A stretch of 64,000 nucleotides of DNA from Longimicrobiales bacterium (lineage in GTDB: Bacteria; Gemmatimonadota; Gemmatimonadetes; Longimicrobiales; Gaopeijiaceae). A model generated the notes under the pieces. That model saw nothing but the letters and a program-made list of their open reading frames with translations. It ran no database searches and was not told where the DNA came from. Positions 1 through 10,407 of the stretch are shown here, in pieces; position 1 is the stretch's first letter, and every line of letters starts with the position of its first letter. Location of the stretch: assembly GCA_963664435.2 (NCBI GenBank), contig CAXXKM010000001.1:1216001-1280000 (forward strand). Reading direction: 5' to 3'. The position numbers were made by a program, and so were the translations under genes.

Positions 1-2015
1 GAACACGATCCCGGGTGACGGTTCGTCACGGAGGTCCCACCACACACGGTTGATCCCGGCCTGTCCTGAACCCTCGAGCGAACGCACCGGGTTCCCGGCC
101 GCATCCGCGATGTGGATCGTGGCTCCACCCGCGCTGCCATCCCTCAGCCAGTAGTTGATCGACGCGCCGTAGGGCGGGTTGCCCCGTCGGACTGGTCGTT
201 CGGCGTCGAGCGCGCGGAGGTGATGGCCCGGAAGCGGTAGGCGTCGCGCGGCGCGAACAGATGCGCCTCCGACACCGCGACCTCAGCGCTCAACTGCTGC
301 AGCGGCGTGATGTCGTCCAGGATCCAGAAGCCGCGCCCGTAGGTCCCCACCACCAGGTCGTTGAAGTGCTTCTGCACCTCGATCCGGTACATCGGCGACA
401 CCGGCATGTTGTTCATCAGCGGCTGCCAGTTGTCCCCGTCGTCGAACGACACGTAGAGGATGTTCTCGGTGCCGAGATACAGGAGCCCGGGCCGCACCGG
501 GTCCTCGTGGATGTCGCGCGTGTAACTGAGCGGACTGTCGGCGATGCCCTCGACGATCTTCGTGAAGCTCTCGCCGTAGTCGTCGGTGCGGTACACGTGG
601 GGCTCGAAGTTGCCCTGCTGGTGATGCTCGATCGCGAAGTAGGCCTTGCCGGCCTCGTGCGCCGAAGCGTGGATGCCGCGCACCACGCCGTCGGGCGGCA
701 GGTCGGGAATGTTGTCGGTCACGTTGTTCCATGTCCCGCCCCCGTCCCGCGTGACGTGGACGAGCCCGTCGTTTGACCCGGCCCACATCAGGTTCGCGTC
801 GAGGGGAGGCTCGGCGAAGGCGTAGATCACGCCGCAGAACTCGACCCCGATGTTGTCCGGGGTGAGCCCGCCTGAGATCCCCATGCGGGACTCGTCGTTG
901 GTAGTCAGGTCGGGGCTGATGATCTCCCAGCTCTGGCCGCCGTTCATGGTCCGGTGCACGTGCTGGCCGGTAACGAAGACGGTGTTGCGGTCGTGCGAGC
1001 CACCCCTTGCGCCCGAGCCCGACGCGCTCGACCACACGATGTTCGGGTCCTCCGGATCGGGGGTCGCGAACCCACTCTCGCCTCCGCCCACCGTCACCCA
1101 CTCGGACCGCGAAATGGGCCCGCCGATGCCTCCGAAGCCCCCCGTGCGGCTGTTGTTGGGACCGCGAAAGGAGGGTCCGTCCTGCCGGTTGTCGTGGAAG
1201 TCGCCGCCGGGCCGCTGCAGGCCCTGGTGGTTGACGTAGGTCGCGCCCCCGTCCAGCGACCGAGACAGCCCCGAGGTCTGGAAATACACTTCATCGGGGT
1301 CGTCGGGGCTGACGAAGCAGTTGTTGTAATAGGCCGTGCGGCCACCCAGGTCGCGGGAGTGGTTCATCAGCTCCCACGTCGACCCTGCGTCGAGCGAACG
1401 CCAGAACTCCCCGCTCTCGGTCTCGCGCCCGTGCCAGGGCACCCCGTCTCCGGTTTCGATCAGCGCGTAGACCCGGTTGGGATCGGCCGGGGTCAGACAC
1501 ATGTCGGTCTTCCCCACCGGCAGCAGCGGCAGCCCGTTGCCCTCGAGCTTCCTCCATGTGTCGCCGCCGTCCTCCGAGAGATAGACGCCGCTGCCCTCTC
1601 CCCCGCTTTCCCGTCCCCAGGTGTGCACCTCCACGGTCCACATCCCCGCGAAGAGCCGGCGCGGGTTGGAGGGCTCCATCTCGATGCTCGACGCGCCCGT
1701 GTTCTCGTCCGCGAAGAGCACGTGCTCCCAGCTCTCGCCGCCGTCCATCGTGCTGAAGACGCCGCGCGCCTGCTGCGGGCCGTGTGCGTGGCCCAGCGCC
1801 CCCACATATACGATGTCCGGATCGTGGGGATGGTCCACGATGCGCGACGTGCGCGTCGGCCCTCCCTCGCCGAGCCCCATGTGGCGCCACGTCCTGCCCG
1901 CGTCGGTGGACTTGTAGACGCCGGTGCCGAGCGAGACGTTGGAGCGAATGTGGGGCTCACCCGTCCCGGCCCACACGATCGACGGGTCCGACGGCGCCAC
2001 CGCGAGCGCTCCCAC
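1..2015 (-). pseudogene. Degraded BNR/VPS10-type (Asp-box) beta-propeller glycosyl-hydrolase-like gene; continues past the left edge
   Basis: Repeated Asp-boxes ([38 protein letters not shown]). No signal peptide, and an in-frame stop lies about 20 codons upstream of 2015. Frameshift near 181: another frame continues [14 protein letters not shown]...GINRVWWDLR to position 1. Confidence 0.8.
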
Positions 2016-2126
2016 CGAGTGACCCTCGCCAAGGACCTGGTCGGGGGTATCGATGGCACCATAGGTCCGTCGTCAATCGCCTCGCAAGCGAGCCTGAGCA
2101 GGGGCCGGCACGCCTCTCGAATCTGC

Positions 2127-2155
2127 TTGCCGGAAACCCTGCTTCGCATTATTCT
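2127..2155 (+). promoter_or_regulatory. Candidate sigma70-type promoter for cassette 1
   Basis: TTGCCG (2127-2132), 17-nt spacer, TATTCT (2150-2155) in the intergenic gap, about 195 nt before the ATG at 2351. Confidence 0.4.
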
Positions 2156-2350
2156 CACCGACTAGTTGAAATGCCCCCGGGATCCTCGAAAAAGCGAGCC
2201 CAAGGTCAACGTTTTCGGGGGGTCGGGGGTCATGAAGGGCGCGGGAGGGGGCTGTTGCGTATGGACGCCACAGCCGAGGTTCCTCCGCGAAGGCGGCGGT
2301 TTTCAGGCGATCACAGATTGGTTCGCAAGACAAGGACGGGAGCACCGCAT

Positions 2351-4792
2351 ATGAAGATCCTCAACCCTGGCGCGGTACTGGTTGGTGGCCTCCTGCTGAC
2401 GGGAGCCGGAATCGGCACGAGTTCAGGTCCCACGGCACCCGACGGGGAAGCCGTTCGGCCGTCGGACGCGATGCACGCCGCCTCCATGCCCACGGAGGAG
2501 CTGACCACCGTCGTGCGCACCTACTGTCAGGTGTGCCACAACGACGCGCTGCTGACCGGCAACGTCTCGTTCGCCGAGTTCACCGTCGAGGGCGCTGCCG
2601 ACAATGCCGCGCTCGCGGAACGCATGATCCGCAAGCTGCGCGCGGGCATGATGCCGCCGCCGGGCATGCCCCGTCCGGAAGCCGAAGTGCTGCTCTCACT
2701 GGTCGAGACGCTCGAGAAGAACGTCGACGACGCCTACCGGCGCCATCCCAACCCCGGGGTGCGGACTTTCCAGAGACTCAACCGGGCCGAGTACTCGGCG
2801 GCCATCCGCGAACTGCTGGGCATCGAGGTCGACGCCGGCGTCTGGCTTCCTCTCGACCAGATGAGCGAAAACTTCGACAACATCGCCGATGTCCAGGCGC
2901 TCACCCCGACCCACCTCGACGCCTACCTGAACGCCGCCAGCGAAGTGAGCCGCCTGGCGGTCGGAAGCCCGAACGTCGACCCGACCGACGCCACCTACAA
3001 CACCTCGCCCTACGGCTCGCAGCACGCCTGGGAGTACGTGGAAGGCGCGCCCTACGGCACCCGCGGCGGAATCGTGGTGACCCACGACTTCCCGGCCGAC
3101 GGCGAGTACATCCTCACCCCCGTGATCGAGGGTGGCCGGAGCGCCCGCTTCGAGGACGTGGACATTTCCATCGACGGAGAGCCCATCGCGCTGCTGGCGG
3201 CCGGGCCCTTCCCCCGCGGCGGCGCGGACTTCCGCGGCGGTTCGCCCATCAAGACCAACCCGACCTTCATCCGCGCCGGACAGCGTCCGGTGTCCGCCGC
3301 CTTCGTCCGCCGCATCGACGGTCCCTACGACGACCTCATCAAGCCGCCCGAGTGGTCGCTAGCCGGCGGAGCCGGGGGGAGCCCCGGGCAGACGACGCTG
3401 CCGCACCTGAAGAGCCTGATCATCAGCGGCCCCTACAACGTCACCAGCGTTTCCGAGACCGAGGCCCGCCGCCGCATCTTCTCCTGCCGGCCCACCACCC
3501 CCGAGGAAGAGCGCCCCTGCGCCGAGCAGATCATCGACCAGGTCGGAAGCGCCGCCTACCGGCGTCCCCTGGACGAGCGCGACATGGCCGGGTTGATGGC
3601 GTTCTACGACGATGGCGCCGGCGACTCGGGCTTCGAGACCGGGGTGCGGCGGGCGCTCCAGGCCATCCTGGCGAGCCCCCATTTCATCTTCCGCATCGAG
3701 AAGCAGCCGGAGGACATCAAGGCGGGCGAGCGCTACGAAATCAGCGACCTGGCTCTGGCCACGCGCATGGCCGCGTTCCTCTGGGGCACCCAGCCGGACG
3801 CCGAACTGATCGACCTGGCCGAGCGCGGAAGGCTCTCCAGAGACAGCGAACTGGAGAAGCAGACCCGACGCATGCTCGCCGACCCCAAGGCCGAGGCGCT
3901 TGGACCGCGCTTTGCGGCCCAGTGGTTCCGCCTGCAGGACCTCGACAAGGTGCACCCGGACTCCTACTGGTTCCCGAACTACAGCCAGCAGCTGGCCGAC
4001 GCCATGCGCACCGAGACCGAGATGTTCTTCAACAGCCTCGTGCGCGACGACCGCAGCATTCTGGACCTGTTCACCGCCGACTACACCTACATGAACGAGC
4101 GGTTGGCCAGACACTACGGCATGCCGGGCGTGCTGGGCGACGAATTCCGTCGCGTGCAGTACCCCGACAGCCGCCGCGGCGGCGTCCTGGGACAGGGATC
4201 GATCCTGGTGCTGACCTCGATGGGTACCCGCACCTCTCCCGTTCTGCGCGGGAAGTGGGTGATGGAAGTGTTGCTGGGCACACCCCCGCCTCCCCCTCCG
4301 CCGGACGTTCCGGCGCTCGAGGAGACCGAGGGAGCCACGGACGGACGCTTCCTGACCACGCGGCAGCGCATGGAGATCCATCGGGCCAACCCGACCTGCC
4401 ATGCCTGCCACCAGTTCATGGACCCGATGGGGCTCGCGCTCGACAACTTCGACGTCACCGGCAAGTGGCGTATCCGCGAGAACAACATGGCGCTCGACAC
4501 CCGCGGCAACCTCTATGACGGCACGCCGCTGGCCACTCCGGAAGATCTGCGGAATGCGCTCATGCAGCGGCCGATCCCGCTGGTTCGCACCTTCACCACG
4601 AACCTACTGGCGTATGCGCTGGGACGGCGCGTAGAATACCACGATCAGCCCACTGTGCGCGCGATCTCGCGCGAGGGCGAAGAGGATGACTACCGCATCT
4701 CGTCCTTCATCATCGGCGTCGTCAAGAGCGACCCGTTCCGGATGAGGATGGCGGACGTGGTGGCCGAAGAAGAGATGGAGACCGGAGGATAA
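2351..4792 (+). CDS. DUF1592/DUF1588-family secreted protein with two c-heme motifs (cassette 1)
   Basis: Signal-like N-terminus MKILNPGAVLVGGLLL. YCQVCH, AGMMPP, RLNRAEY, ILASPHFIFR, RTSPVLRGKWV, CHACHQFMDP. Start moved from 1784 to the ATG at 2351. Confidence 0.88.
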   Translation: MKILNPGAVLVGGLLLTGAGIGTSSGPTAPDGEAVRPSDAMHAASMPTEELTTVVRTYCQVCHNDALLTGNVSFAEFTVEGAADNAALAERMIRKLRAGMMPPPGMPRPEAEVLLSLVETLEKNVDDAYRRHPNPGVRTFQRLNRAEYSAAIRELLGIEVDAGVWLPLDQMSENFDNIADVQALTPTHLDAYLNAASEVSRLAVGSPNVDPTDATYNTSPYGSQHAWEYVEGAPYGTRGGIVVTHDFPADGEYILTPVIEGGRSARFEDVDISIDGEPIALLAAGPFPRGGADFRGGSPIKTNPTFIRAGQRPVSAAFVRRIDGPYDDLIKPPEWSLAGGAGGSPGQTTLPHLKSLIISGPYNVTSVSETEARRRIFSCRPTTPEEERPCAEQIIDQVGSAAYRRPLDERDMAGLMAFYDDGAGDSGFETGVRRALQAILASPHFIFRIEKQPEDIKAGERYEISDLALATRMAAFLWGTQPDAELIDLAERGRLSRDSELEKQTRRMLADPKAEALGPRFAAQWFRLQDLDKVHPDSYWFPNYSQQLADAMRTETEMFFNSLVRDDRSILDLFTADYTYMNERLARHYGMPGVLGDEFRRVQYPDSRRGGVLGQGSILVLTSMGTRTSPVLRGKWVMEVLLGTPPPPPPPDVPALEETEGATDGRFLTTRQRMEIHRANPTCHACHQFMDPMGLALDNFDVTGKWRIRENNMALDTRGNLYDGTPLATPEDLRNALMQRPIPLVRTFTTNLLAYALGRRVEYHDQPTVRAISREGEEDDYRISSFIIGVVKSDPFRMRMADVVAEEEMETGG

Positions 4793-4866
4793 CGGAACGC
4801 GCTTCCACCGAACGGAACAGCGCATGACCGACATCGGGTTGTACACCCTGCTTCAGGAGATCTGAA

Positions 4867-6297
4867 ATGCAATTCATCACCGGCAAGCACATCGCCCGTC
4901 GCACCTTCCTGCGGGGGATGGGCGCAACAGTAGCGCTTCCGCTGCTCGATTCGATGCTGCCCGCGGCGAGCCCGTGGGTTAGCCGGAAGCTGGCGGAAGG
5001 AAAGACGCGCCTCCTCGCGATCGAGGTGGTGCACGGAGCTGCCGGAAGCGTCGACTGGGGCGCCCAGCAGTACCTGTGGTCGCCGGAGAAGATCGGACGC
5101 GACTTCGAGTTCGTGGCCCAGAGCGCGCTGACGCCGCTGGAGGACTGGCGCAGGTATCTCACGATCGTGAGCAACACCGACGTGCGCATGGCCGAAGCCT
5201 TTACCGGGCCCGAGATCGGCGGTGACCACTTCCGCTCCAGCGCCACCTTCCTGACCCAGCAGCATCCGAAGCAGACCCAGAGTTCCGACCTCTACGTCGG
5301 CACCTCGCTCGACCAGACGTTTGCGCGCCGTTTCGGGCAGGATACTCCCCTGCCGTCCATGCAGCTGTGCATCGAGGATCTCGATCAGGCCGGAGGCTGC
5401 ACGTACAACTATTCGTGCGCCTACACCGACTCGATCAGCTGGGCCGCGCCCAACGAGCCGCTGCCGATGATCCGGGACCCGCGCACCGCCTTCGACCTCC
5501 TCTTCGGCGCCGGCGGCACCCCGGAGGAACGCCAGGCGCGCCGCCGCGAGAACGCGAGCATCCTCGACTGGATCGTCGGCGAAGTCGCGCACCTGAGGGG
5601 CGAGCTGGGTGCCACTGACCGCCGTCGCATGGACCAGTATCTGGACAACGTGCGCGAGATCGAGCGCCGGATTCAGATGGTCGAGGCGCAGAATACGAGC
5701 GGAGAGCAGCGCGAGTTGCCGGAGGCGCCGGCGGGCGTGCCGGATTCCTTCACCGAGCACATGCAGATGATGTTCGACCTGCAGGTGCTGGCGCTGCAGT
5801 CCGACATGACGCGCGTCTTCTCCTTCAAGACCGGTCGCGACGCGTCCAACCGGATCTATCCGGAGAGCGGCACCGACAAGCCGTTCCACCCGACCTCGCA
5901 CCACGGCAACAACGAGGAGACCATCCTCGACTTCAACACCATCAACCGGTTCTACGTGGGCCTGCTGCCGTACCTGCTGGAGAAGCTGCACAACAGCCAG
6001 GACGGCGAATCGAGCCTGCTCGACCAGACCATGATCATCTACGGGTCGCCCATGGGAGATCCGAACATCCACAATCACCGCCGGTGCCCGCTGCTGCTGC
6101 TGGGTGGGGCCAATGGCCAGCTCGCAGGCAACATGCACCTGAAGGCGCCGGACGGAACCCCGATGGCCAACGTCTTCCTGAACGTCATGCACAGGCTCGG
6201 TTTCGAAGATATGTCGAGCTTCGGCGACAGCACGGGCGAGTTCAACGTGCCCAGTTCAGTGTTGACCGCGGTTGAGGAAGCAAGTCAGTCACGCTAA
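4867..6297 (+). CDS. DUF1552 (HxxSHH) family protein with Tat signal (cassette 1)
   Basis: RRTFLRGMGATVALPLLDSM, GCTYNYSCAY, HPTSHH; AGGAG RBS upstream. Confidence 0.88.
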   Translation: MQFITGKHIARRTFLRGMGATVALPLLDSMLPAASPWVSRKLAEGKTRLLAIEVVHGAAGSVDWGAQQYLWSPEKIGRDFEFVAQSALTPLEDWRRYLTIVSNTDVRMAEAFTGPEIGGDHFRSSATFLTQQHPKQTQSSDLYVGTSLDQTFARRFGQDTPLPSMQLCIEDLDQAGGCTYNYSCAYTDSISWAAPNEPLPMIRDPRTAFDLLFGAGGTPEERQARRRENASILDWIVGEVAHLRGELGATDRRRMDQYLDNVREIERRIQMVEAQNTSGEQRELPEAPAGVPDSFTEHMQMMFDLQVLALQSDMTRVFSFKTGRDASNRIYPESGTDKPFHPTSHHGNNEETILDFNTINRFYVGLLPYLLEKLHNSQDGESSLLDQTMIIYGSPMGDPNIHNHRRCPLLLLGGANGQLAGNMHLKAPDGTPMANVFLNVMHRLGFEDMSSFGDSTGEFNVPSSVLTAVEEASQSR

Positions 6298-6313
6298 ACC
6301 GGGGACGGTCAGC

Positions 6314-8107
6314 ATGAAGAAGAGAGTGCATGTAAACGCGCTGGCGGCGCTGGTCGTCAGCATGCTGTTCACGTCGGCGGCCGCGCCCGATTCGCCCTTG
6401 GCGGACGCCGCCATGAGCGGTGATGCGACCGCGGTGCGGACACTGCTGGCGAGCGGCGCGGACGTGAACGCGGCGCGCGGGGACGGCATGACCGCCCTGC
6501 ACTGGGCAGCCGAGACCGGCAACGCCGAGATCGCCGAGATCCTGGTGAATGCGGGAGCGATCCTCGAGGTCACCACCCGCCTGGGTGCCTACACGCCGCT
6601 GCATGTAGCCGGCAGGAAGGGAGCCGCCGGGGTCATCCGCGTGCTGTTGGACGCCGGTGCGAACCCGAAGGGAGCGGCAGCCACGGGCTCCACGCCCCTG
6701 CACCTGGTTGCGGGGGCGGGAAGCGCCGCGGGGGCTAAGCATCTGCTGGACGCCGGCGCCGAGATCGACGCGCGGGCCGGCGACGCCCAACAGACGCCCC
6801 TGATGTTCGCGGCGGCCGCAGACCGCGCGGATGTCGTGACGCTTCTCCTGGAGAACGGAGCGGAACCGGACATCACGACCACGCTGATGGAAGCGGCTAC
6901 CCGGTCGGCGGTGGACAACTATGCGGGCGAGCGCATGCAGGAAGTTCTCGACGCCTTCAAGGGAGACGGCAACGAGTTGCCGACGCCCGCCCAGATCCAG
7001 GCCGCTCTGGAGGTCGCCCGGGCCGTGCAGCGGGCGGGCGTGGTGCCCGAGGAGGAAGAAGAGGAGGATGAGGACGACCCCAGGGCCTTCTTCCGCCAGC
7101 CTCCCGACGATAAGTGGGGGAGCCTGACCGCGCTTCACCATGCAGCCCGCGAGGGTGCCATCGACGCGGCGATGGCGTTGCTGGACGGTGGCGCCGACAT
7201 CAACTACGTCACCGAGTCCGACAACACCAGCCCGCTCACGATGGCGGTCATCAACGGCCGCTTCGACCTGGCGATGAGGCTGCTGGAACGCGGCGCCGAT
7301 CCCAACCTGGCAACGGTCGACGGCGTGGCGCCGCTCTACGCCACCTTCAACGTCCAGTGGTCGCCGCGGTCACGGTATCCGCAGCCGCGCGCCCACGAGC
7401 AGCAGGCAACGGAATATCTCGACCTGGCAATGGCGCTGCTCGACGCCGGTGCGGAAGTGAACTACCAGGTCACCGAGAACTTCTGGTACTTCACCTACAG
7501 CGGGTGCGGCAACGGCAACTGCGGCCTGGAGAACCAGGCGGGCGTGACGCCCTTCTGGCGGGCCTCGCGCGCACTCGACCTCGACGGCATGAAGCTGCTG
7601 CGCTCCTGGGGTGCGGACTGGAACATGGCCACCTTCAAGCAGCCCGAGCGCCGCAGGGGACGGAACCCGCGCACCGGCGACACCGAGGACGAGGACCAGG
7701 TCGATCCGTCAGGGCTGCCGCCGGTTGAGGTGGGGGGTCCCGCGGTGTTCCCGATCCACGCCGCCTCGGGCGTCGGCTACGGCGAAGGCTTCGCCGGCAA
7801 CGCACACACCCACATTCCGGGCAACTGGATCGCGGCGGTCGAATACCTGCTCGAGCTCGGCGCCGACGTCAACCAGCGTGACGCCAACGGCTACACCCCG
7901 CTTCATCACGCGGCCGCGCGCGGCGACGCCGAGATGATCCAATGGCTGGTGGACCACGGCGCCGACGTAATGGTGGTGAGCCGCAAGGGACAGACCACGG
8001 TCGACATGGCCAACGGTCCGGTCTCGCGCGTGACGCCGTATCCGGAGGCGATCGCCCTGCTGGAGAGCATGGGCGCGATCAACAACCACAACTGCGTCTC
8101 CTGCTAG
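6314..8107 (+). CDS. Secreted ankyrin-repeat protein with C-terminal CxxC (cassette 1)
   Basis: Signal peptide, multiple G.T.LH.AA ankyrin repeats, ends NNHNCVSC. Confidence 0.88.
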   Translation: MKKRVHVNALAALVVSMLFTSAAAPDSPLADAAMSGDATAVRTLLASGADVNAARGDGMTALHWAAETGNAEIAEILVNAGAILEVTTRLGAYTPLHVAGRKGAAGVIRVLLDAGANPKGAAATGSTPLHLVAGAGSAAGAKHLLDAGAEIDARAGDAQQTPLMFAAAADRADVVTLLLENGAEPDITTTLMEAATRSAVDNYAGERMQEVLDAFKGDGNELPTPAQIQAALEVARAVQRAGVVPEEEEEEDEDDPRAFFRQPPDDKWGSLTALHHAAREGAIDAAMALLDGGADINYVTESDNTSPLTMAVINGRFDLAMRLLERGADPNLATVDGVAPLYATFNVQWSPRSRYPQPRAHEQQATEYLDLAMALLDAGAEVNYQVTENFWYFTYSGCGNGNCGLENQAGVTPFWRASRALDLDGMKLLRSWGADWNMATFKQPERRRGRNPRTGDTEDEDQVDPSGLPPVEVGGPAVFPIHAASGVGYGEGFAGNAHTHIPGNWIAAVEYLLELGADVNQRDANGYTPLHHAAARGDAEMIQWLVDHGADVMVVSRKGQTTVDMANGPVSRVTPYPEAIALLESMGAINNHNCVSC

Positions 8108-8161
8108 GAGAAGCGTAGAAGCCACTTTCGCACCTCCCTGAAAGGGGGGCGCTGGAACGGC

Positions 8162-8199
8162 AAAACGCCCGCCACGGTTCTCGTGGCGGGCGTTTTTTT
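8162..8199. terminator. Intrinsic terminator, probably bidirectional
   Basis: AAAACGCCCGCCACG-loop-CGTGGCGGGCGTTTT plus T-run, between convergent genes. Confidence 0.85.
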
Positions 8200-8228
8200 G
8201 GGGGCGTGCCTGGTGTGCCCCGTCAGCG

Positions 8229-8780
8229 TCAGCCGCCCCCGCCCCTCATGGTAGTGACCTCGATCAGCCCGTTGGGGAAGCCGGTTCCCCAGCGCATGGT
8301 GGCGTCCGCGGCGCTGTGAAAGCGAACCGACTGGACCTGGTCGGGGCGCAGAGAGTCCAGGATCCCCCAGTCCTGCGGAGCGCCGCCATCCAAGACGACG
8401 GGTACCCGGCGGTCACCCCCGAACTCGATGCTTGGCGCGCCGCGCACGTTCATCCACCGGGGCCGCAGCTGACGGATCGCGTCGGCGAGCATCATGGTGG
8501 AGTAGTTCGCGAGTTCCTGGGCCAGGATCACGCTCGGATCGCGCCGGACATTGCGGTCGCACAAGTGGTCGAGTTCCTCCGCCGAGAGAACGCTGGCTTC
8601 GGATGCGCCCGGCGCGTCGGCCACTGGACTGTCGGCGGCGCACACCTGCGCCAGCTGGTCGCCCGTAAGGGTCTCGCGCAGCTCACGCACGGCCGGGGTG
8701 TCGCCGGGGGTGCTGACGCACGCCTGGGCAAGCATGATGAGCGACACCGCAATCAAGGGGTTCAGTGCTGTTCGTCGCAT
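8229..8780 (-). CDS. Small lipoprotein with a TonB-plug-like C-terminal domain
   Basis: GGAGG RBS, lipobox-like LAQAC, plug-like tail PVVLDG...SLRPDQVQSVRF...ATMRWGTG..NGLIEVTT. Confidence 0.65.
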   Translation of the reverse strand: MRRTALNPLIAVSLIMLAQACVSTPGDTPAVRELRETLTGDQLAQVCAADSPVADAPGASEASVLSAEELDHLCDRNVRRDPSVILAQELANYSTMMLADAIRQLRPRWMNVRGAPSIEFGGDRRVPVVLDGGAPQDWGILDSLRPDQVQSVRFHSAADATMRWGTGFPNGLIEVTTMRGGGG

Positions 8781-8948
8781 GGTGCTTGCCTCCATCACGG
8801 GGTTCCGGTACCTGGGTCCATCCTTCGCGAGATGCGCTTGTCCAGACAACCCCTGTGGCACACCGGGGCACACGCGCCTTCTCGTACTACCGGTGCGCCC
8901 GGTCAGGGGTCCAACCGCACGCGAGCCTGGAGCCGATTGCCAGACCGG

Positions 8949-9419
8949 CTACCCTGTCGCGCGAGCCCGGAATGGGCGATGGCAGCCGCCGCACGTACGG
9001 CCCAGACCCGCGGCCGCGTCACCGACGCCCGTCATGTCACCTGCTCGGGCCGCTTCGGCCAGCGCGTCGGCAGCGCTCTGGAAAGCCGAGAGAGCCTCTC
9101 CGAAGCCGGCGGCATCCTCCCATATGTCCGGAAGTGCACGCGAACCCTCGCCGAGGGACCCCGCGGGGAAGATGTCGGACGCCATCGCCGACAGTTGCTG
9201 CAGCGAGAGCGCGTGTCCCAGGACATGGCCCTGATGCGGCACATCCTCGTTCAGGATGGCGGTGAGGGCCCCCCGGTGCGCCCCGAGGCTGTTCATGATG
9301 GTCTGACGGTACTCCATGTCCGGAGTCGGGTCCTGCGCCGCCACGCGGGCGGGGGCCAACCCGGCGACGATGCAAGCGGCGAGAGCGGTGCGGGTTACGA
9401 CTGCATACGAGCGGGCCAC
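8949..9419 (-). CDS. Class II cytochrome c (cytochrome c'/c556)
   Basis: GGAGG RBS before GTG, signal peptide, YRQTIM, ALPDIWED, C-terminal TCGGCHRPFR. Confidence 0.85.
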   Translation of the reverse strand: MARSYAVVTRTALAACIVAGLAPARVAAQDPTPDMEYRQTIMNSLGAHRGALTAILNEDVPHQGHVLGHALSLQQLSAMASDIFPAGSLGEGSRALPDIWEDAAGFGEALSAFQSAADALAEAARAGDMTGVGDAAAGLGRTCGGCHRPFRARATG

Positions 9420-9614
9420 GGCGTTTCCTCCTCCCCGAAGAATGAGACCCGGAGGCACCCGTGAAGCGACCACCCGGGCGGGTTCGAGCGCGTTGTCACG
9501 AAACCCTAGATAGATCGCCGGGGGCGTCGGCGCAAGGGAGGACGGCGAGCCGACCTGGGCCTGGAAGCGTACGTGGCCGCTTGACGCACCCGTCAGGCCG
9601 TGGGCCCGTCCGAG

Positions 9615-10319
9615 CTACCGGTCCATGCCCGACGCCTCATCGGTCGCCGCCATGCTTCCGTCCAGATACCCGCCGAAGGTTTCGTTGAACGCTCCCGGGA
9701 AGAATTCTCCGGTCACGATCGACGCCCGGGTGGGGTCTCCGTCCACCACCACGATGTTCAGCGGCGTGCCCCACTTGCGCGGATCCAGGAGAGCCTTGCG
9801 CATGCGGAAGTGCGAAGTGGTGACCCGCACCAGGTCCTCGTCGTCAGGATCGGGATTGGGACTGCCCAGGATGACCGGGTATTCGATGCCGAACTCGTCG
9901 ACGTACTCGGCCACCACATCGGGGTGGGAGTATTCGCTGCGCCCGATGATCATCAGACCGTCGTCCCGGTGCACGCCGTACTTCGAGACCAGGTCGGGGG
10001 CCTCGTAGCGGCAGTTGGCGCACCACTCGGCGAAGTAGGTCAGGAGGGTGACGCGATTCCCGCGCACCACGTCCTCGAGGTCGATCTCCTTTCCGTCCCT
10101 CGAAGTGCCGGAGAAATCACGGCGCAGGACTTCCCAGGGCACCAGGTGGTCGCCGCCAGCTCCGGCCACCTCCGCGGTCAGGTCGATCGCGACCACCGGC
10201 GAGTATTCGTGCGGGTGAGGCGCCGCCGCCTCTTCCACGGGAGCCGCGGGATTCATCACCAGCCAGCCGCCGCCGGCCAGGACCAGCAACGCTACCGCTG
10301 AAACGATCCATCTCGTCAT
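9615..10319 (-). CDS. Membrane-anchored TlpA/ResA-like redoxin
   Basis: AGGAGG RBS, N-terminal hydrophobic helix, FAEWCANC, WGTP cis-Pro motif. Confidence 0.8.
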   Translation of the reverse strand: MTRWIVSAVALLVLAGGGWLVMNPAAPVEEAAAPHPHEYSPVVAIDLTAEVAGAGGDHLVPWEVLRRDFSGTSRDGKEIDLEDVVRGNRVTLLTYFAEWCANCRYEAPDLVSKYGVHRDDGLMIIGRSEYSHPDVVAEYVDEFGIEYPVILGSPNPDPDDEDLVRVTTSHFRMRKALLDPRKWGTPLNIVVVDGDPTRASIVTGEFFPGAFNETFGGYLDGSMAATDEASGMDR

Positions 10320-10368
10320 CGGAACCTTCCTCCTTCGGGGATTGCCTGAATCCGGTTCTCGGCAAGGG

Positions 10369-10407
10369 AAAACAAAAAACGCCCGCCAGCCGGGTCGCTG
10401 GTCGGGC
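10369..10407 (-). terminator. Intrinsic terminator about 50 nt upstream of the redoxin start codon
   Basis: Minus strand reads GCCCGACCAGC-GACCCG-GCTGGCGGGC-GTTTTTTGTTTT. Confidence 0.7.

Noticed and set aside
1784..2350. 189-aa N-terminal extension of the first DUF1592 ORF
   Set aside because: Arg/Pro-rich, overlaps the opposite-strand gene, and absent from the paralogs; the signal peptide starts at 2351.
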